Part shown: piece by piece, positions 19,801 through 32,410 of the stretch
How the letters are laid out: every line of letters begins with the position of its first letter
Numbering within the stretch: the first letter of the stretch is position 1
NCBI GenBank assembly: GCA_000091205.1
Contig: AP006502.2
Source of the DNA: Cyanidioschyzon merolae
Taxonomy: Eukaryota
Strand: one strand, 5' to 3'
Length of the DNA: 64,000 nt
Translations under genes and position numbers: made by a program
The notes under the pieces: model-generated
What the model was told of the DNA's origin: nothing
Database searches by the model: none
The model's input: the letters and a program-made list of their open reading frames with translations, nothing else

Positions 19801-21307
19801 GGAAAAGCAAAATCGCACACATGAAGACTTTGTGATTTGAACATGCTGTTGTTCGGGAAACAACAAGATGAAAGGCTTGTGCATATGCATCGGATAAGGA
19901 TTCGGGTTATTTTAGGTACCCTTGTTCCAGCGTGTCGCGAATGATCTTGATTCAGAGGTCGTGACGAATTCCAGCGACAAGGCGTCATTGAAATCACTCT
20001 GAAAAGACGACAGAGCATTTGAAAACTGCATATGAGTCCGAAAGTCCTTACTGCTTCTCCTCAAACGCCGAAGTTGACCATTTAAAAAAGTTGGGAAGAG
20101 AAAAATGAAGAGCAGCAACAGAGCGACTAGTTCAGAGTTGCATGTGAATCTCGCAGTGGTTTAGTGCAGGTTACCCACTTGGAAAAAGAAGCAGCTTCGT
20201 GCGACCGACTGTATGCATCTACTTCGACGCACGCTGAGCGCGGAGAGCTAGGTCGACATGTCCATAGGTATCTTTTACAGCTTTCGATCCTGCACAGCTT
20301 CTTCCATTGCAGGTCTGCGGGTACTCGGAGTCAGCTACATGATTAGGTTCGAACGCAAATTACCCTCGATTGGAAAGAACTTCCATGATATCCTTGTGTA
20401 GAACGGCCTCTATACAGCAACGCAAAATCTAATGCAAGCTATCCATTTTTAGAAACGTAAAACTCATGATGAAATGAGGCAGCAGGCTGGCGCTCGTCAG
20501 CAGCCGAAGCAACATCGAATTCGAGATCCGCAGGCGGCTAGCCTCGGCGAGAACACCCGTTTTCTCAGACGCTGAAATGCGAACCGCTGTACAGCGGTTT
20601 TTCGGATGCGACCCGTTGTGCTGCGGCTGCGGCTGCGGCTGCTGTTGGCCGTAACCCTTCTGGTGACGCGCAGTACCGAACGCATGTCTTTGAGAACGAT
20701 TCTGACGCTGCTGGTTTTGCTTTCCGTATCGGGCACTATAACGCTCCTCGTTTTCGGAGGTCTATTCAAAGCAAAGTATCCTTACTTGGGTGACTTTGAA
20801 GGCGACTATGCAGCAACTGCATCCGTTTGTTTCCAAAGTGCGCTTGCTTTCTCTGCGCTTGGAGCAGCCAGTGCGCTTGGTTTGCCGCTTGTTCACTGGT
20901 GGTGGGAAAGACGCTTGGCGCGGAGACGGGCGCTGCGGTCATTGGAAGACCCCTCAAAAAGCGCACGTGTCCGCTTCGTTGCTACCTCTTCGTTTTGATA
21001 CTAATGCGCCCAAGAATCCCTCCCTGTCTACCAACGAGTACAGGGGGCGTGCTAGCTACGTGCGTCCATTCGTATCGCACTTCGTGTCGTGTGGCGAGCG
21101 CTGAACCACGCTCTCTCGCGAGGCCATGGACAAAAACGGTAGACTCCTTGTACAAAACTTCCTCGATCATTTACTGATCTTCGTTTCTAAACGGTTCGTA
21201 TCGAGAACCGCCGCCACGGGAGCACTCAGCTTCGCGAGAGCATCTCTTCGCTATCTCTTCCACGTGTGAGGGCAAAGTGCCTGTCAAAATCTCGGGACAC
21301 ATCTGCA

Positions 21308-22048
21308 TCACACTGCAGCTGACAGCCGTGATTTGTGTAGTGCAGACCGTCGACTACGACTTTCCTTTCGTGACTGGCGGGCCTCGGCTTGTCGCTGAGC
21401 GAGGAGCTTTTCGTACTCTGCGGCCTCCGCTTTCGCCTTCAAGGCCCTTGTGCGCTGTACGGCTCGCCGTCGACGCTTACGCTGTAATGACTGCGCGGTC
21501 ACTAGACGCTGGATTTTGGGAGCTTTCTCGTAGGTCTTCCCCGAGGCAGTCGTCACTTTGCGCCGAATGACATATTTGCGCACGTCGTCGTCCTTGCTCA
21601 AGTTAAACAACTTGCGGATTTTAGAAGCTCGTTTCGGACCCAGACGACGCGGGATTATTCGATCCGTTAAGCCGGGTATCTCTTGCTCGCCTTGACGCAC
21701 AATGGCCAGGTTCACTACGCTCATCTCGCTGCTGATGATGCAACCACGCACGCTTCGTCGCTTTCGCTCGCCATCACGCATACCATAACCCCGACAACCG
21801 ACGTCTCCCTTGTGCATCAGAAGCCGTACGCGGTTCGGTGTGAGGACACCGAGACGCGCGGGAAACCCTTCCTTGTCCTGCGCACCCATTATGCGCAGGA
21901 TCGTGCCGCGGAACTCCTCTCCGAGTAACGCTTCGCCATCCACTTCTTGAGCGATGCGCTTATCATAGATGGCTCGCAACCGACTCTCGTCGTCTATTTC
22001 AAACTGCTTCTGGCAACCTGTCGCAGGATTCGCGACGTTGAACTTCAT
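21308..22048 (-). CDS. RPS6: 40S ribosomal protein S6 (eS6)
   Basis: '[69 protein letters not shown]...' and a C-terminal basic region '[19 protein letters not shown]'. Full length and intronless. Confidence 0.95.
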   Translation of the reverse strand: MKFNVANPATGCQKQFEIDDESRLRAIYDKRIAQEVDGEALLGEEFRGTILRIMGAQDKEGFPARLGVLTPNRVRLLMHKGDVGCRGYGMRDGERKRRSVRGCIISSEMSVVNLAIVRQGEQEIPGLTDRIIPRRLGPKRASKIRKLFNLSKDDDVRKYVIRRKVTTASGKTYEKAPKIQRLVTAQSLQRKRRRRAVQRTRALKAKAEAAEYEKLLAQRQAEARQSRKESRSRRSALHKSRLSAAV

Positions 22049-23330
22049 CGGACTGGTTCAGAACTGCAGCAACGCGAATATGTTAGGTAAGATAGCGGGC
22101 TGCGCACCGGCAGTCGACGCAGTAGCGGCATGCTCAGCGCGCCGCACGACGGATCGCCGATCCAGTACAAGATATGTCATTAAGGAATTAATGTGCCTCC
22201 ATGAAGTTCGGCTACGCACGCGATTTCAACGAGCGACCACACATGAACCAGGAGGTACCTGGGTAGTCCTGCGAAATGAACCTATGAAACCTCTCTATGA
22301 AGGCATTCAAGATTCGCGCGCTTTTGTGGTGCAAGTTTCCGTCCACATGAATAATCTTGGTCAACGAGAGCGTATCGCTTCGAGTTCTCTAGCTTGGGAG
22401 ACCCAGTTGCGGAAATGACTCGGTACGCAGGAGGCCCTGCCCTGTCGACGACAAGCCAGTACCTGGATTGCATACGGCCATCGGTTGTATTCCGCTCGTG
22501 CATCGTATTCAAGTACACTCGTGCAGGAGTTGCGTACCAGGCTTCCGGGTGCTGACATCAAACCTACGCTACACGCATGGCCTCGACATGTGACGCATCA
22601 CTCGAGTTCCGCGTGAGCTGCCATCACGCGTGGACTGCTCCAGTACCCCTGCGACATCCGCAGACATAGGCATTGCTGCGTGCTATCCAGGGAATAGATA
22701 ACTGCGTTGGGACGTTGCCCACAGGATACGTGGCTGCACTGAATCGGTCACACAGATCCTGCATCGTCCGGGACTGCAACCGTGCATCGCCGTCGCTGGC
22801 CATATGCCTCAGTCAGCGCTGCACGAGCGCCACCGCTGGGCGGCCATCGCGTTTTCAGTGCGCATGGTATTGAGCTCCAGCGAGGAGCGACTGGCGTCGT
22901 CGGTATCGCATGTTGCGTGGTGTCTCTCGATACCACCTGGACGCAACATGGAACTCCGAGCGTCATTGGAACCAAACGTTGATATATATATATTGTGCTC
23001 TAGGCCGCAAGAAACATTGCGCGTGTTTTGCTATGCTGATAAACGAATTGCTGAGAAGCCCGAAAGCGCGGTGCACGAATGTCTTACCGACATACGGCGA
23101 CATCGCGAACCGCGTGGACACGAGCAACCAGGCCTTACAAACGCAGCGGCATGATATGGGATGTTGCATCTCATGCTCGATGCTCGGCTCAACAGCGCGT
23201 GGCCTCAGACGCCTATTGTTTCCTCGGACTTTAACGTGCGACGAAATCAGAATGACTCGCTACGGGAGTCTCTGGGCGATGAACACTGACAACAACAACG
23301 CGACATTCGTGTTTCCATAAACGTTCCGAA

Positions 23331-24467
23331 ATGGACTCTGGATGGTATGAGCGCTCGCTGGACCCTTTCGGAACTCGTCTGCTATGGAAGCGAACACGTG
23401 CATCCGCGGGTATCGAGTTCGAGGCATTGATCCAAAGTCGTATGAATCGCGGCCAGTCGGAGGCCACGTGGCCGCGCATCCACGCGTTGCTTGCTCGAGC
23501 GTTGCTCCGAGCCCAGCTTGTCGCTGGATATACCCGTGCGGAACACCCGCTTCGAAACCTAGGACGCGTTGGAAGCGAGTCTGGGACTCTGCAGACGCCT
23601 CCTGCGTGCTTTCCTGGGTCGTTCGAAGCGATCTTGGTAGAAATGGCAACGCTTACCCCAACGGAAGAGTCTACCAGTGCCCGCAGTCTTCGTCGTGACT
23701 TTCGGAATACCTTTCGACACCTCGCTGCCGCGCTTTTTGCAGCTGTTTTATCGGCTTGTGCCGACCATCTGCATCAGTGGAGCCTATTTCCGGTCTCAGT
23801 TTCGAAACTGGTCTCTGTTGGAGTCTACGCATCAAGCTGGCTTGTATACTCCTGGCAATGCAGCAGGAAGCCACAGAGGCTTACTTCGCGGCTTGTTTCG
23901 ACAACGTCGCAACGCCGAGAACTCGCAACCATTGTGGTCCACCGAGCCGGGGAAAGCTTTGGACACACGGCAATGGTTGCCGGACTATTCATACGAACTG
24001 CCTCCTACCGGATCATTCTAACTTATTTCGTGATCGAATACGTGGCAACCTGGGCAGGGTTCAGCGTTTGGATCTCGGGACCTCGCTATGCTCCCACGAC
24101 ACCGAATGAAAGCTCGCAAGAGACCAGGCTTGAAAAGGCACCGGCACGCCAGCGAGTATGGCGGCTTTTGGAGTTTTTGAATGGACCCCATGCCCTAGGT
24201 GTAACCCTCGGATGGGTGCTCCCATTCGTGCTCGTGACGTATTGCACTTTTCGAGCGACGCGCGTGTCACCGACCGTGCATTCGTCCTCCATGATGGCGG
24301 AATTGAGCGCCATCGGGCTCTGGCAATCCGCTCGCATGCGTATCGCAGAGTGGCTGATGTTTGTCGCAGGCGCAGCGCATATGCTATGTATATGCGGCAA
24401 CGTTCTCATCACCACAATATATCTTGCAACCGTGGAGCCAGATTCCCGGCAGTCGAAGAAAGCGTAG
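23331..24467 (+). CDS. Hypothetical multi-pass membrane protein
   Basis: A 378-aa ORF with several hydrophobic segments ('LAAALFAAVLSACA', 'VSVGVYASSWLVYSW', 'IILTYFVIEYVATWAGFSVWI', 'ALGVTLGWVLPFVLVTYC', 'WLMFVAGAAHMLCICGNVLITTIYL'). No recognisable motif. Confidence 0.3.
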   Translation: MDSGWYERSLDPFGTRLLWKRTRASAGIEFEALIQSRMNRGQSEATWPRIHALLARALLRAQLVAGYTRAEHPLRNLGRVGSESGTLQTPPACFPGSFEAILVEMATLTPTEESTSARSLRRDFRNTFRHLAAALFAAVLSACADHLHQWSLFPVSVSKLVSVGVYASSWLVYSWQCSRKPQRLTSRLVSTTSQRRELATIVVHRAGESFGHTAMVAGLFIRTASYRIILTYFVIEYVATWAGFSVWISGPRYAPTTPNESSQETRLEKAPARQRVWRLLEFLNGPHALGVTLGWVLPFVLVTYCTFRATRVSPTVHSSSMMAELSAIGLWQSARMRIAEWLMFVAGAAHMLCICGNVLITTIYLATVEPDSRQSKKA

Positions 24468-25060
24468 AGATTTGCGCTCTCGCGAGGCGATCGCTTGGAT
24501 GGGCGCTTTTGCAGTGATGTACACGAGCAGCGATCCCGCGGGAGAACACGATCGTTGCCGCTGGTTTGGATCCTAATCCTCACGACCTGTTACTACGCTT
24601 GATATTCATGCGGTTCTCAATGGACCGTCACGTCTTGATATCAAAGCGGATTTGTTGCGTGTGCCGCACTCGCTTGACGGCCGGTTCACGACCCGTAGGC
24701 ACCAGTGCTGTTCTGGACTTCCATACCTGGATGCGCGCCGCTTGGCTTCTGTACACTCGCTCGCTGACTTTGTCTATAGAGGCAGTGGATCCTGCTCATG
24801 GCCGTCCAGATGCGCATTCATGCGCCTAAACATCCGACTGGTTCGCGTTCCTGGGCGTTTACGATCATAAAATGAATACACCCGTGATAAAGTCGCCAGC
24901 TGCTCGGGCGATCCCGCCGTTGGCACAGGCGATCCCGGATGTTGCGAACCGCGGCGGGGCGCGATGCAACGTACCCGCGCCCCCTACCGTCCCATTCGTC
25001 GTTCTGCTCCAAACTCGTGCATAGACTGGGGGCACTGGTGCTTCGGGGAACCGCGAACCC

Positions 25061-25741
25061 ATGTTTATTCTGGGCACAAGCATACTCCGCGCCTATACCA
25101 ACGTTTCCGGACGTTTTCGTGGTCGGCACAGGGCAACCACGGCCCGTACGAACCAGTCCGAGTTGCGCGTCCGGCGCTGTGGCTCCGTCAAGTACCGGGC
25201 GGCAGCTTCTAGACGTTCCCGCTCGAGCGTGCTTGCGTCCGCCACGGGAGGAAACGCGTCGCACCTAAAAGAGGCCCTACAGGCCGGTGAAACTATAGCC
25301 TACGAAGTGGAGCCGGGCACCTTGCCCACGACCCTTCCGGATGGCTTCTGGTACCGCTGCCTCAGCGGCGATGTGGACAACTGCATCATAAACGGACTCG
25401 TTGCATACAGTCTCGGCTATGTTTTCGATGGAGAACGCGACGTATGGGAGACTGAATACGTTCCGAAAGAGTGGCTACAAGCTTTTCCCGATGGAGCGCC
25501 ACCTGACTTTATCGGCTCTTCGAAGAACCACGCCAGAGAGGCAGATGAGCCGGTAAAGCGGGCGATCCAGAAGCTGCAACAGTCGCTACCAAAAGAGTAT
25601 CGTCAATTCCTTCAACGTCGACTGCCGCAGTTCCATGGATACCAAATAAGCGAGTTGACACCAGAGAAAACTCGACGAGCGCAGTGCATTAACTATTTGT
25701 TGGCGCGTATCGACATGCAGGAGAAAGGGCTCCCGCACTGA
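25061..25741 (+). CDS. Hypothetical protein
   Basis: A 226-aa ORF with no recognisable motif. Codon usage is consistent with neighbouring genes. Confidence 0.2.
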   Translation: MFILGTSILRAYTNVSGRFRGRHRATTARTNQSELRVRRCGSVKYRAAASRRSRSSVLASATGGNASHLKEALQAGETIAYEVEPGTLPTTLPDGFWYRCLSGDVDNCIINGLVAYSLGYVFDGERDVWETEYVPKEWLQAFPDGAPPDFIGSSKNHAREADEPVKRAIQKLQQSLPKEYRQFLQRRLPQFHGYQISELTPEKTRRAQCINYLLARIDMQEKGLPH

Positions 25742-27551
25742 AAGCCCGATCACGACAGGAGAAAGGCGAATCCCAGCCTCATGCCCAAGCGGGTCATGCG
25801 GCGGCGACCTCGTCTCTGTTCATGTGAGAATAAAATATGAACGGATCCTCTAACCTTGGCGGACACGCTAGATTTCAGGTCTGTTCGCATTGTCAACAAC
25901 TCCAGCTTTTGTGGACCTTTTCTCTGAGTGGTTCTTGTAGATCCTGCGTACCCCCGGCTTTAGATACATCTGTTTCTCTGTTTACGCCAGCTCCGTTGTC
26001 AGCAGTCAGACAATGTCCATGGCAATGTAGATGTCCCGATTACGCTGAATCCGGCTGTTGTGGACGCAGTTCGTATATGAACAGAATTTGGTATCTTCGC
26101 TTTGCTTGCCATCTGCATGTTCTTTGTATACAGCCTCTGTGCTCCCTACGCAGCGGTGCCACTTAACTGTGATCAGATGTACCCATACACCCATCGTGCC
26201 TCTTTTCCAGAAGGCTGCCCTCTGGCACGTCAACGCTGGCCTCATCGCGTGGTACATGCGCTTGACCGGCACAGCGGGGTTTACTGGATGCGCTCCTCCG
26301 TTTCCGCGCCCTGCGATCACGGGCTTCCTCTGGGCGATTACTTTGACGAACACACTGTCCTCTGCATTTGCAAATGCACCCTACTCCTATCGACAGAAAA
26401 GAGTTGTGAAGCACGAGCTTGTCTATCATGGAACGAGTGCCGAATGGAGATGCCAGGATGGAAAACAGGTCGAGTAAATTCGATCTATCTACGCTCCATT
26501 CATGCAAAGCGAGCGCACACTCTCCGCTGGTAGCGATTGTTGTGATGAATAAAGCCAGATTCCAAGAACCGTTCCACGGAAACAAAATATACGAGAGCTT
26601 GCGAGCGCATATTACGTTAGAGGCATATTCCTGATGTCGAAGAAGGTTGCATCTATGGCCGCAACAAGAGGAGAACTTGTCTTTCGAACGAAAACGATCA
26701 TTTGAACAGAGAAGTTCAGTGAGTTCCCGGCATTAGACGGTAAACAAATTTTCGATGAAAGACGTCGATCATTTTTTCAAGTCATGCCAGCGGCGCACAA
26801 TGCTGCGCCCACCAGTTGCCTCGAAACTGACCGATCAAAACCTCGAAGCATGTGCAATTTGAGCGTACTGCGCGCCAGGAAAGGAGCATCATAGAGTCTT
26901 TTGTGTGTAAATCGGATAATGATATCGGCTTTCTTACGAATCCTCGTTCGAGCACCTTGCGAACCAATTTGATTTCGGTGAACTAACGAGTTTCTGCGGC
27001 AGCGACAATTCGAAGAAGTGACTCCTTAAAACCACTCAGAATCTTATTACCAAGCATGAATCCCAAGCTTCTATTGATGCACTTCGAACCTCGAGTCCGT
27101 ATATCTAAGAACAACTTCGGACACGTCTCAAAGCACAAATCCAGCGCGCCATGCAATGCCCCACATTCACCTGACCTAGATGTGTCGCGCAACCGCGTTT
27201 CGCGTGCCCTGACCCCCGAGACATCCCGCATCGCCAACGAACGGCTGCGCGCATGCATGCGAGCGTTCCACAAGCGTATCACGCACCGGCAACGAACGCA
27301 TGCAGCAACGCTGGGACACGTGTTCACTCGAGAAACGCCCCGGGGCGCGACTGCCGCGTTCGGTGCGTTGCATGCCAGAGATTCCGAAACGCTTCCTGGC
27401 GCTGCGAGCCGCACGCAGTCTACGCGTTCGCAGTGGAGTTGCTGTCTGGGGTACTCGCGGGCATCCCAGAAGCAATGCATGCCTCCGAACAGCGCACAGT
27501 GGTTGCGGAAAACCTCGAGCTTTACAGACTTTATTGACGGTCTGGCTTCGT

Positions 27552-27579
27552 CGTTGTTGTTGTTGTTGATGATGATGAT
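27552..27579. repeat. (GTT)n/(GAT)n microsatellite
   Basis: 'tcgttgttgttgttgttgatgatgatga'. Confidence 0.85.
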
Positions 27580-27984
27580 CGGAGGCAGTGAAGGACGCAC
27601 CCCCGCGCGCCTCACTCAACAACGACAACCGCTGCGCCCGTGTGCAGCGAACGCTCGATGCGTGCACCGGTGCTGGCGCTGCACGAAGCACTGCGCAAAT
27701 GCATGCAATGAACGCATTGCCACGAGCCGTGCGCACCTGAACGCACACACTGCGCACCCGAAAAGGAACCAGCGCTGATCAAACTGAACCAGACCGCAAC
27801 GCTGCACGCGTGATGCGCGGCACCAGCGAACGGGGCCTCGGGTGCGCGCTGGGGAACCCCCGGGGCGCCGCGCGTCGCAGCTTCTCTCGCGTGCTGCCCT
27901 GATGCCCCCAACCCGGAGTTCTTTTCAAGCAGAGCGCGGAGGACGTCCAAGTGCATGACGCTGCGGACGACGGTCCTTTCGCGT

Positions 27985-28521
27985 CTACTTCAAACGCTGT
28001 GCCAGCCAAGCGAATGCTTCTTGAAGGCCTTCACCGCGCTCCGCGCTTGTGCCCATAATGGTCCACGTACGCTCCAAATCCGCGAGCCCCAGACGCTCAC
28101 TGACTTCTGAAACCCGCGCTGCGTCAGGTACGTCCTGTTTGTTAGCTAGAACGAGTAAGACAGCACCCTGAAGCTCTGGTTCAGTTAAAATCGCGTGGAG
28201 CTCTTGCTTCGCGGTCAACATCCGCCCTTTGTCTGTGCTGTCCACAACAAAAACGATAGCCTCCTGGTTGAAAAAGTACGATCGCCAGTACGGCCTGATT
28301 GAGTCTTGACCACCGAGATCCCAGCACTGCATCTTAAGGCCGTGTACTTTCAGCGTTTCCAAGTTGAAACCCACAGTCGGGGTGTGCTTGAGACTGGAGT
28401 CCGGTTCCAGGAGCTTGTACAGGATCGTCGTCTTGCCTGCGTTATCCAGTCCCAGCACAAGAACTCGTACCTCCCGCGTGCCAAACAGGACGTAAACCAG
28501 CTTACTGAATAACTGACCCAT
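27985..28521 (-). CDS. ARF-like (ARL) small GTPase
   Basis: N-myristoylation-type start 'MGQLFSK', then G1 'GLDNAGKTT', G3 'WDLGGQ', G4 'NKQD' and 'SA' G5. 178 aa, full length. Confidence 0.9.
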   Translation of the reverse strand: MGQLFSKLVYVLFGTREVRVLVLGLDNAGKTTILYKLLEPDSSLKHTPTVGFNLETLKVHGLKMQCWDLGGQDSIRPYWRSYFFNQEAIVFVVDSTDKGRMLTAKQELHAILTEPELQGAVLLVLANKQDVPDAARVSEVSERLGLADLERTWTIMGTSAERGEGLQEAFAWLAQRLK

Positions 28522-28960
28522 TCTTCAGACAGCGACACGGTAACCGGCACCTACAGGCTCCCAGCACCCGTGCTCTTGCTTCTTCCTCGTCTTCTTCTAT
28601 TGCTGGGGCAGCGCTGCAGACGTGGCTCTCGGGGTCGTCCAGCGTCCCGTGTGTCCAGCGACGATAGCGGAACACTGGCGGGGGGCGTGTGCGCCCGTGG
28701 ACTGCGGATACAAGGGTCCCAAGCGACGCATTCCACGTTCGCGCTGAGTGGCGTTGAGGGCGTTTATACCCGCTTCTGCAGACTCTGGTGGACAGATTCA
28801 ACCTCCAGAGCGTATTCCGTTGAAAAGGTAGTCTAAAACGGGGAGAGACATAAAGTTGGGCACCAGGAGGCCAGCGACACGGCTCTGGGTACTCAGGGGC
28901 GCGTGGAGCAACGCTCTGCAGTGAAGATTTGCTGAACGTGCCGCGGGAACCCTTCTGGAG

Positions 28961-29725
28961 ATGTTGGCTTTCATCCCATCATTCAGCAAAAAGCCGCAGT
29001 TAAGCGGTGTAAGAGGAATCGAAACAGGTGCCCATCCGAGCGGCCGGCGACGGAGCGGTTTCTACCAGCGCAGAGCAGGAGTCGGTGCCCGAACGCTGCG
29101 CTCCGAGTCCGACGACCCGAGCGAACTCTTCGAAAGAATATCCTTGGATAAGCCCCGGCGTCTTTTTAGAGTCACAGCCGAGCCAGAAACAACCTCGAAC
29201 GGGATGTCCGCGTTGTCGCCGTCGGCCACGCAGCAGCATAATGGTGACGCTGTAGTTCTCTCGAACGAGCCAGACGCTTTGCAGAAGAGCGACGCCGAGC
29301 TCCGAGAAACCATCGAGCGACTCGGGCTTACGGAGGCGATCTTCGGAAACACATCCCAAACGGATAAGCAGGACAAGAACGCAGTTCCGCAACAGGTCAG
29401 CTTCGAGGAAATCAGTGCAATAAAGTGCTTCTACACAGCGCTGTTGGCCTGGTGCTTCAGTTGGCTAATGTGGAACGTGATGGGCTATCTGATTGTGAAA
29501 TTTGAGGCCCTTGGTCCGGTGTCGGACTGGTATGTCGTTCAGCGATTAACAGTGGTCTTCCGAGCGCTTGTCGTCGCGAGTTTTGCGATGGGATCTGGTC
29601 TCAGTTTCTTTACGGGTGCCGGGTTGGTGCTTCTCGGCGGTCGCGTGCTCTATAGTCGATCGCAACGGACAGGGCCTACCTCGGAGACGAGACCGGATTC
29701 CCGATCTGAAAGCGACGCCCTGTAA
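28961..29725 (+). CDS. Hypothetical membrane protein
   Basis: A 254-aa ORF with two or three hydrophobic segments in the C-terminal half ('ALLAWCFSWLMWNVMGYLIV', 'VVFRALVVASFAMGSGLSFF', 'GAGLVLLGG'). No motif recognised. Confidence 0.3.
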   Translation: MLAFIPSFSKKPQLSGVRGIETGAHPSGRRRSGFYQRRAGVGARTLRSESDDPSELFERISLDKPRRLFRVTAEPETTSNGMSALSPSATQQHNGDAVVLSNEPDALQKSDAELRETIERLGLTEAIFGNTSQTDKQDKNAVPQQVSFEEISAIKCFYTALLAWCFSWLMWNVMGYLIVKFEALGPVSDWYVVQRLTVVFRALVVASFAMGSGLSFFTGAGLVLLGGRVLYSRSQRTGPTSETRPDSRSESDAL

Positions 29726-30952
29726 GCGAAAGACGCCTCAACATGTCAACCGAATGATGGAATGCATCCTCAGTTACGGGGACACGGTGAACGCACCACC
29801 AGATCATAGAGCTGGGTTCGTCGGGCAGCGCCGTCACCACATTCGCCCGAATACTCAGAATGGTACGCGGTGCGGTTCCGCTTCTTCTGATGCGTTCGAT
29901 GCATCCTTCAAAAGTCGTTGAAAGAGCGCACCAATGGCGCCTCGGTATGTCCATCGACTCAGAAACCGCCGCATCACATGCTCAATATCACCGCGGATCA
30001 TGCCCGTGGCTGACTAGGTGTCATGTACACCACGGATACGTTGCCTCGTAGACGGATTCAGAGGCGCTTCGCTGGGCGACGTATTTTTGCGGCAGAACCG
30101 ATGGCAGTCACCAGATGTTCCCGAATACGCTCGTGCGAAAAGCCGGCAATCAGCGAGTGAGACCGCCGTTCAAAGGTTTCTGTTTTTCACTGGCTCCAGC
30201 TCAGTGTTCCCATTGGGAATAGCGGGTCAATCGATGCTGCCACCATTCGGATGCGAGGGTGCGAGCGCGGCGAATGGCCAACGCAAGACCCCCGCTGCGA
30301 CGCTCGATGCACCGTCACCGCAATGTCCACACAGAGACAGCACCGCTTCGCCATGGCGCTGCTGACGTTCGCTTCAGGTCCACCGAGCAAACATGCGCAC
30401 TACCCGAAGCGAGCCCGGAGCTGCGAACTTGTCGTCAACGGCATCGGGCACCCTAACCTGAACGATCATTTTTAAAGAGAGACAGAGATCTGGTGTCGCC
30501 GTCTTGCACGACGCGCTCGATCCAAAATGCACACGACGATCGACTGCGGACAGCATCGAGCACAAAGTGCCAACGCTCGCTACTACCAACCGCCTCCGCC
30601 TAGTGGCGCCTGTCAAGTCTGGTCTGTTCGGTACTCTGGATGCCAGCGAGGCCGCTCGTTCAACAACTGCAGTGCTGGTTCAACGAGTGCGCCGCTCAGC
30701 GTTCGCGACTCGTCCCGAAATACGGAAAGCGTTCTATTGCGATACCTCGCTCGCGGTTTCAAAAGGAAACAGGGACCTTGTTTAAGTGTGCATGATAGCA
30801 AGTCCGGAAAGCATCAATACAATCGCAACGATGCTTTCGGTGTTTGATCGAGCGCGGCGAAACGAGGCAGGGGCGCATGTACATCACCAGCCACCGAGCG
30901 CTCACTGCAACCGTCACGCAACGCACCGTCCTCGCGAGCGACATCCTCAGTT

Positions 30953-31582
30953 TTACTTGGTCTTCTTCCTCCTCTCAAGTTTCTTTAGATAAAACTCGAG
31001 CTCCTTGCCCTCGAGGATGTAGCCGTCAGCACGGCCACATTGCCCCGGCCGCGATGCAATGCACGCCAGCAAGCGACCCGAGTTGAATTGATCCTCGAGT
31101 GCTTTCTCTAGTGAGCGCTTCGCCTGTCGTGCTGCCAGCTTTGCCAATACGCTAGCACTGCGTTTCGCTTCCGTGGTGGTGCCGTCTGTGGCGTCTGCAG
31201 AACTTACCGCTTTCTTGCCCAGATCAATGCCGTAATGCTGAAAATACCACGTACGGAACGGTGTTGCATCGATGTGGACAATGGAGCCTTTGACCAGCGT
31301 ATTCGTGCGCACCAGCTCGTTATTGCTTGCGTTGTACACGACGCCAAGGATGCGCGTTTTTCGCGTCACACACTCCGACGCCCAGCTGTAGTTTCCCATC
31401 TCCAGCCGGAGTGCTCGGAACTTGAAGTGACCGCCCCGCACACGCAGCGGGCGAACAAGTTTCGGCCCCAGACGAGTGTTCGCCGGTGGCCGACCAAGCT
31501 CATACTTGCGCTTTTTCCGATGGATCTTACGCTTGCCGCCCGTAAGCCGGCGTTTATGGATCGAGTCACGCGAGATACCCAT
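30953..31582 (-). CDS. RPS8: 40S ribosomal protein S8 (eS8)
   Basis: '[39 protein letters not shown]...' and '[19 protein letters not shown]'. Full length and intronless. Confidence 0.95.
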   Translation of the reverse strand: MGISRDSIHKRRLTGGKRKIHRKKRKYELGRPPANTRLGPKLVRPLRVRGGHFKFRALRLEMGNYSWASECVTRKTRILGVVYNASNNELVRTNTLVKGSIVHIDATPFRTWYFQHYGIDLGKKAVSSADATDGTTTEAKRSASVLAKLAARQAKRSLEKALEDQFNSGRLLACIASRPGQCGRADGYILEGKELEFYLKKLERRKKTK

Positions 31583-32410
31583 GGTACTTTGTCAACGCAG
31601 GTGCTTTTGCACGGATGAGAATGGTGCACAGCCGTATGACTCTTGCGTCACACCCCAGAAATAACAGCGTGCCTGGATTCGTTCAAGATTCGGAACAAGG
31701 TGACGTTTCGTCAGCGAGTCCCGGTTTAATGTGTGCGCCTCACGTACGTTGCACGTGAACGTAGTTCCCGGACCCGCGCTCGATCAAGTTCTGGTGTGTC
31801 GCTCGCGCCTGAACAGGTTGATGTTTCGCGGTGCGTAGCTTGTTATATTGCAAGGCTGTTAACACTGGGCGTCAACCAAGACAAACCTGCGCACAATCGG
31901 TATCAGGGTCAACAGGCTGGTCTTCTGTTCGCCTGACAAGAGCAGTAGCAGCATCTACCCAGGCGATCGGGTGTACCGCGGGCAGCGAGACGACGCCGCG
32001 CCCGCGTCTCTCGGCGTTGCCATTTCATCCGACATGAAACAATATTGTAATATAATGCTTTTATATGGAATCAATGGACACAATATGTTGGAGCGCGGCG
32101 ACAATCCGCCCTACCGCAGTGCCGACTCGCGCCGCACCAGCGCCGCTCTACCGCCTGCACAAGTCTATCGTACCAGGAACGTGTCTATCCACGAACGTCA
32201 GTGTACTTTTCTCGACAGTCGCGGCCGGTGCTTCTGGGTCCTCGAACCCGTATCCTTGTGTACGACGTCGGTTTTGGTAGACGGATCGAGTGAGTACGGC
32301 TGGGTGACGGTGACGCCTGTGAGGTCGGGTGCTCGTCGTCGGCGACGTCTCTGTGCCTGACAGGGGCGGTGGTGAGCGCGACTGTGCGCAGCGCACGTTA
32401 ACAGGGCGTC

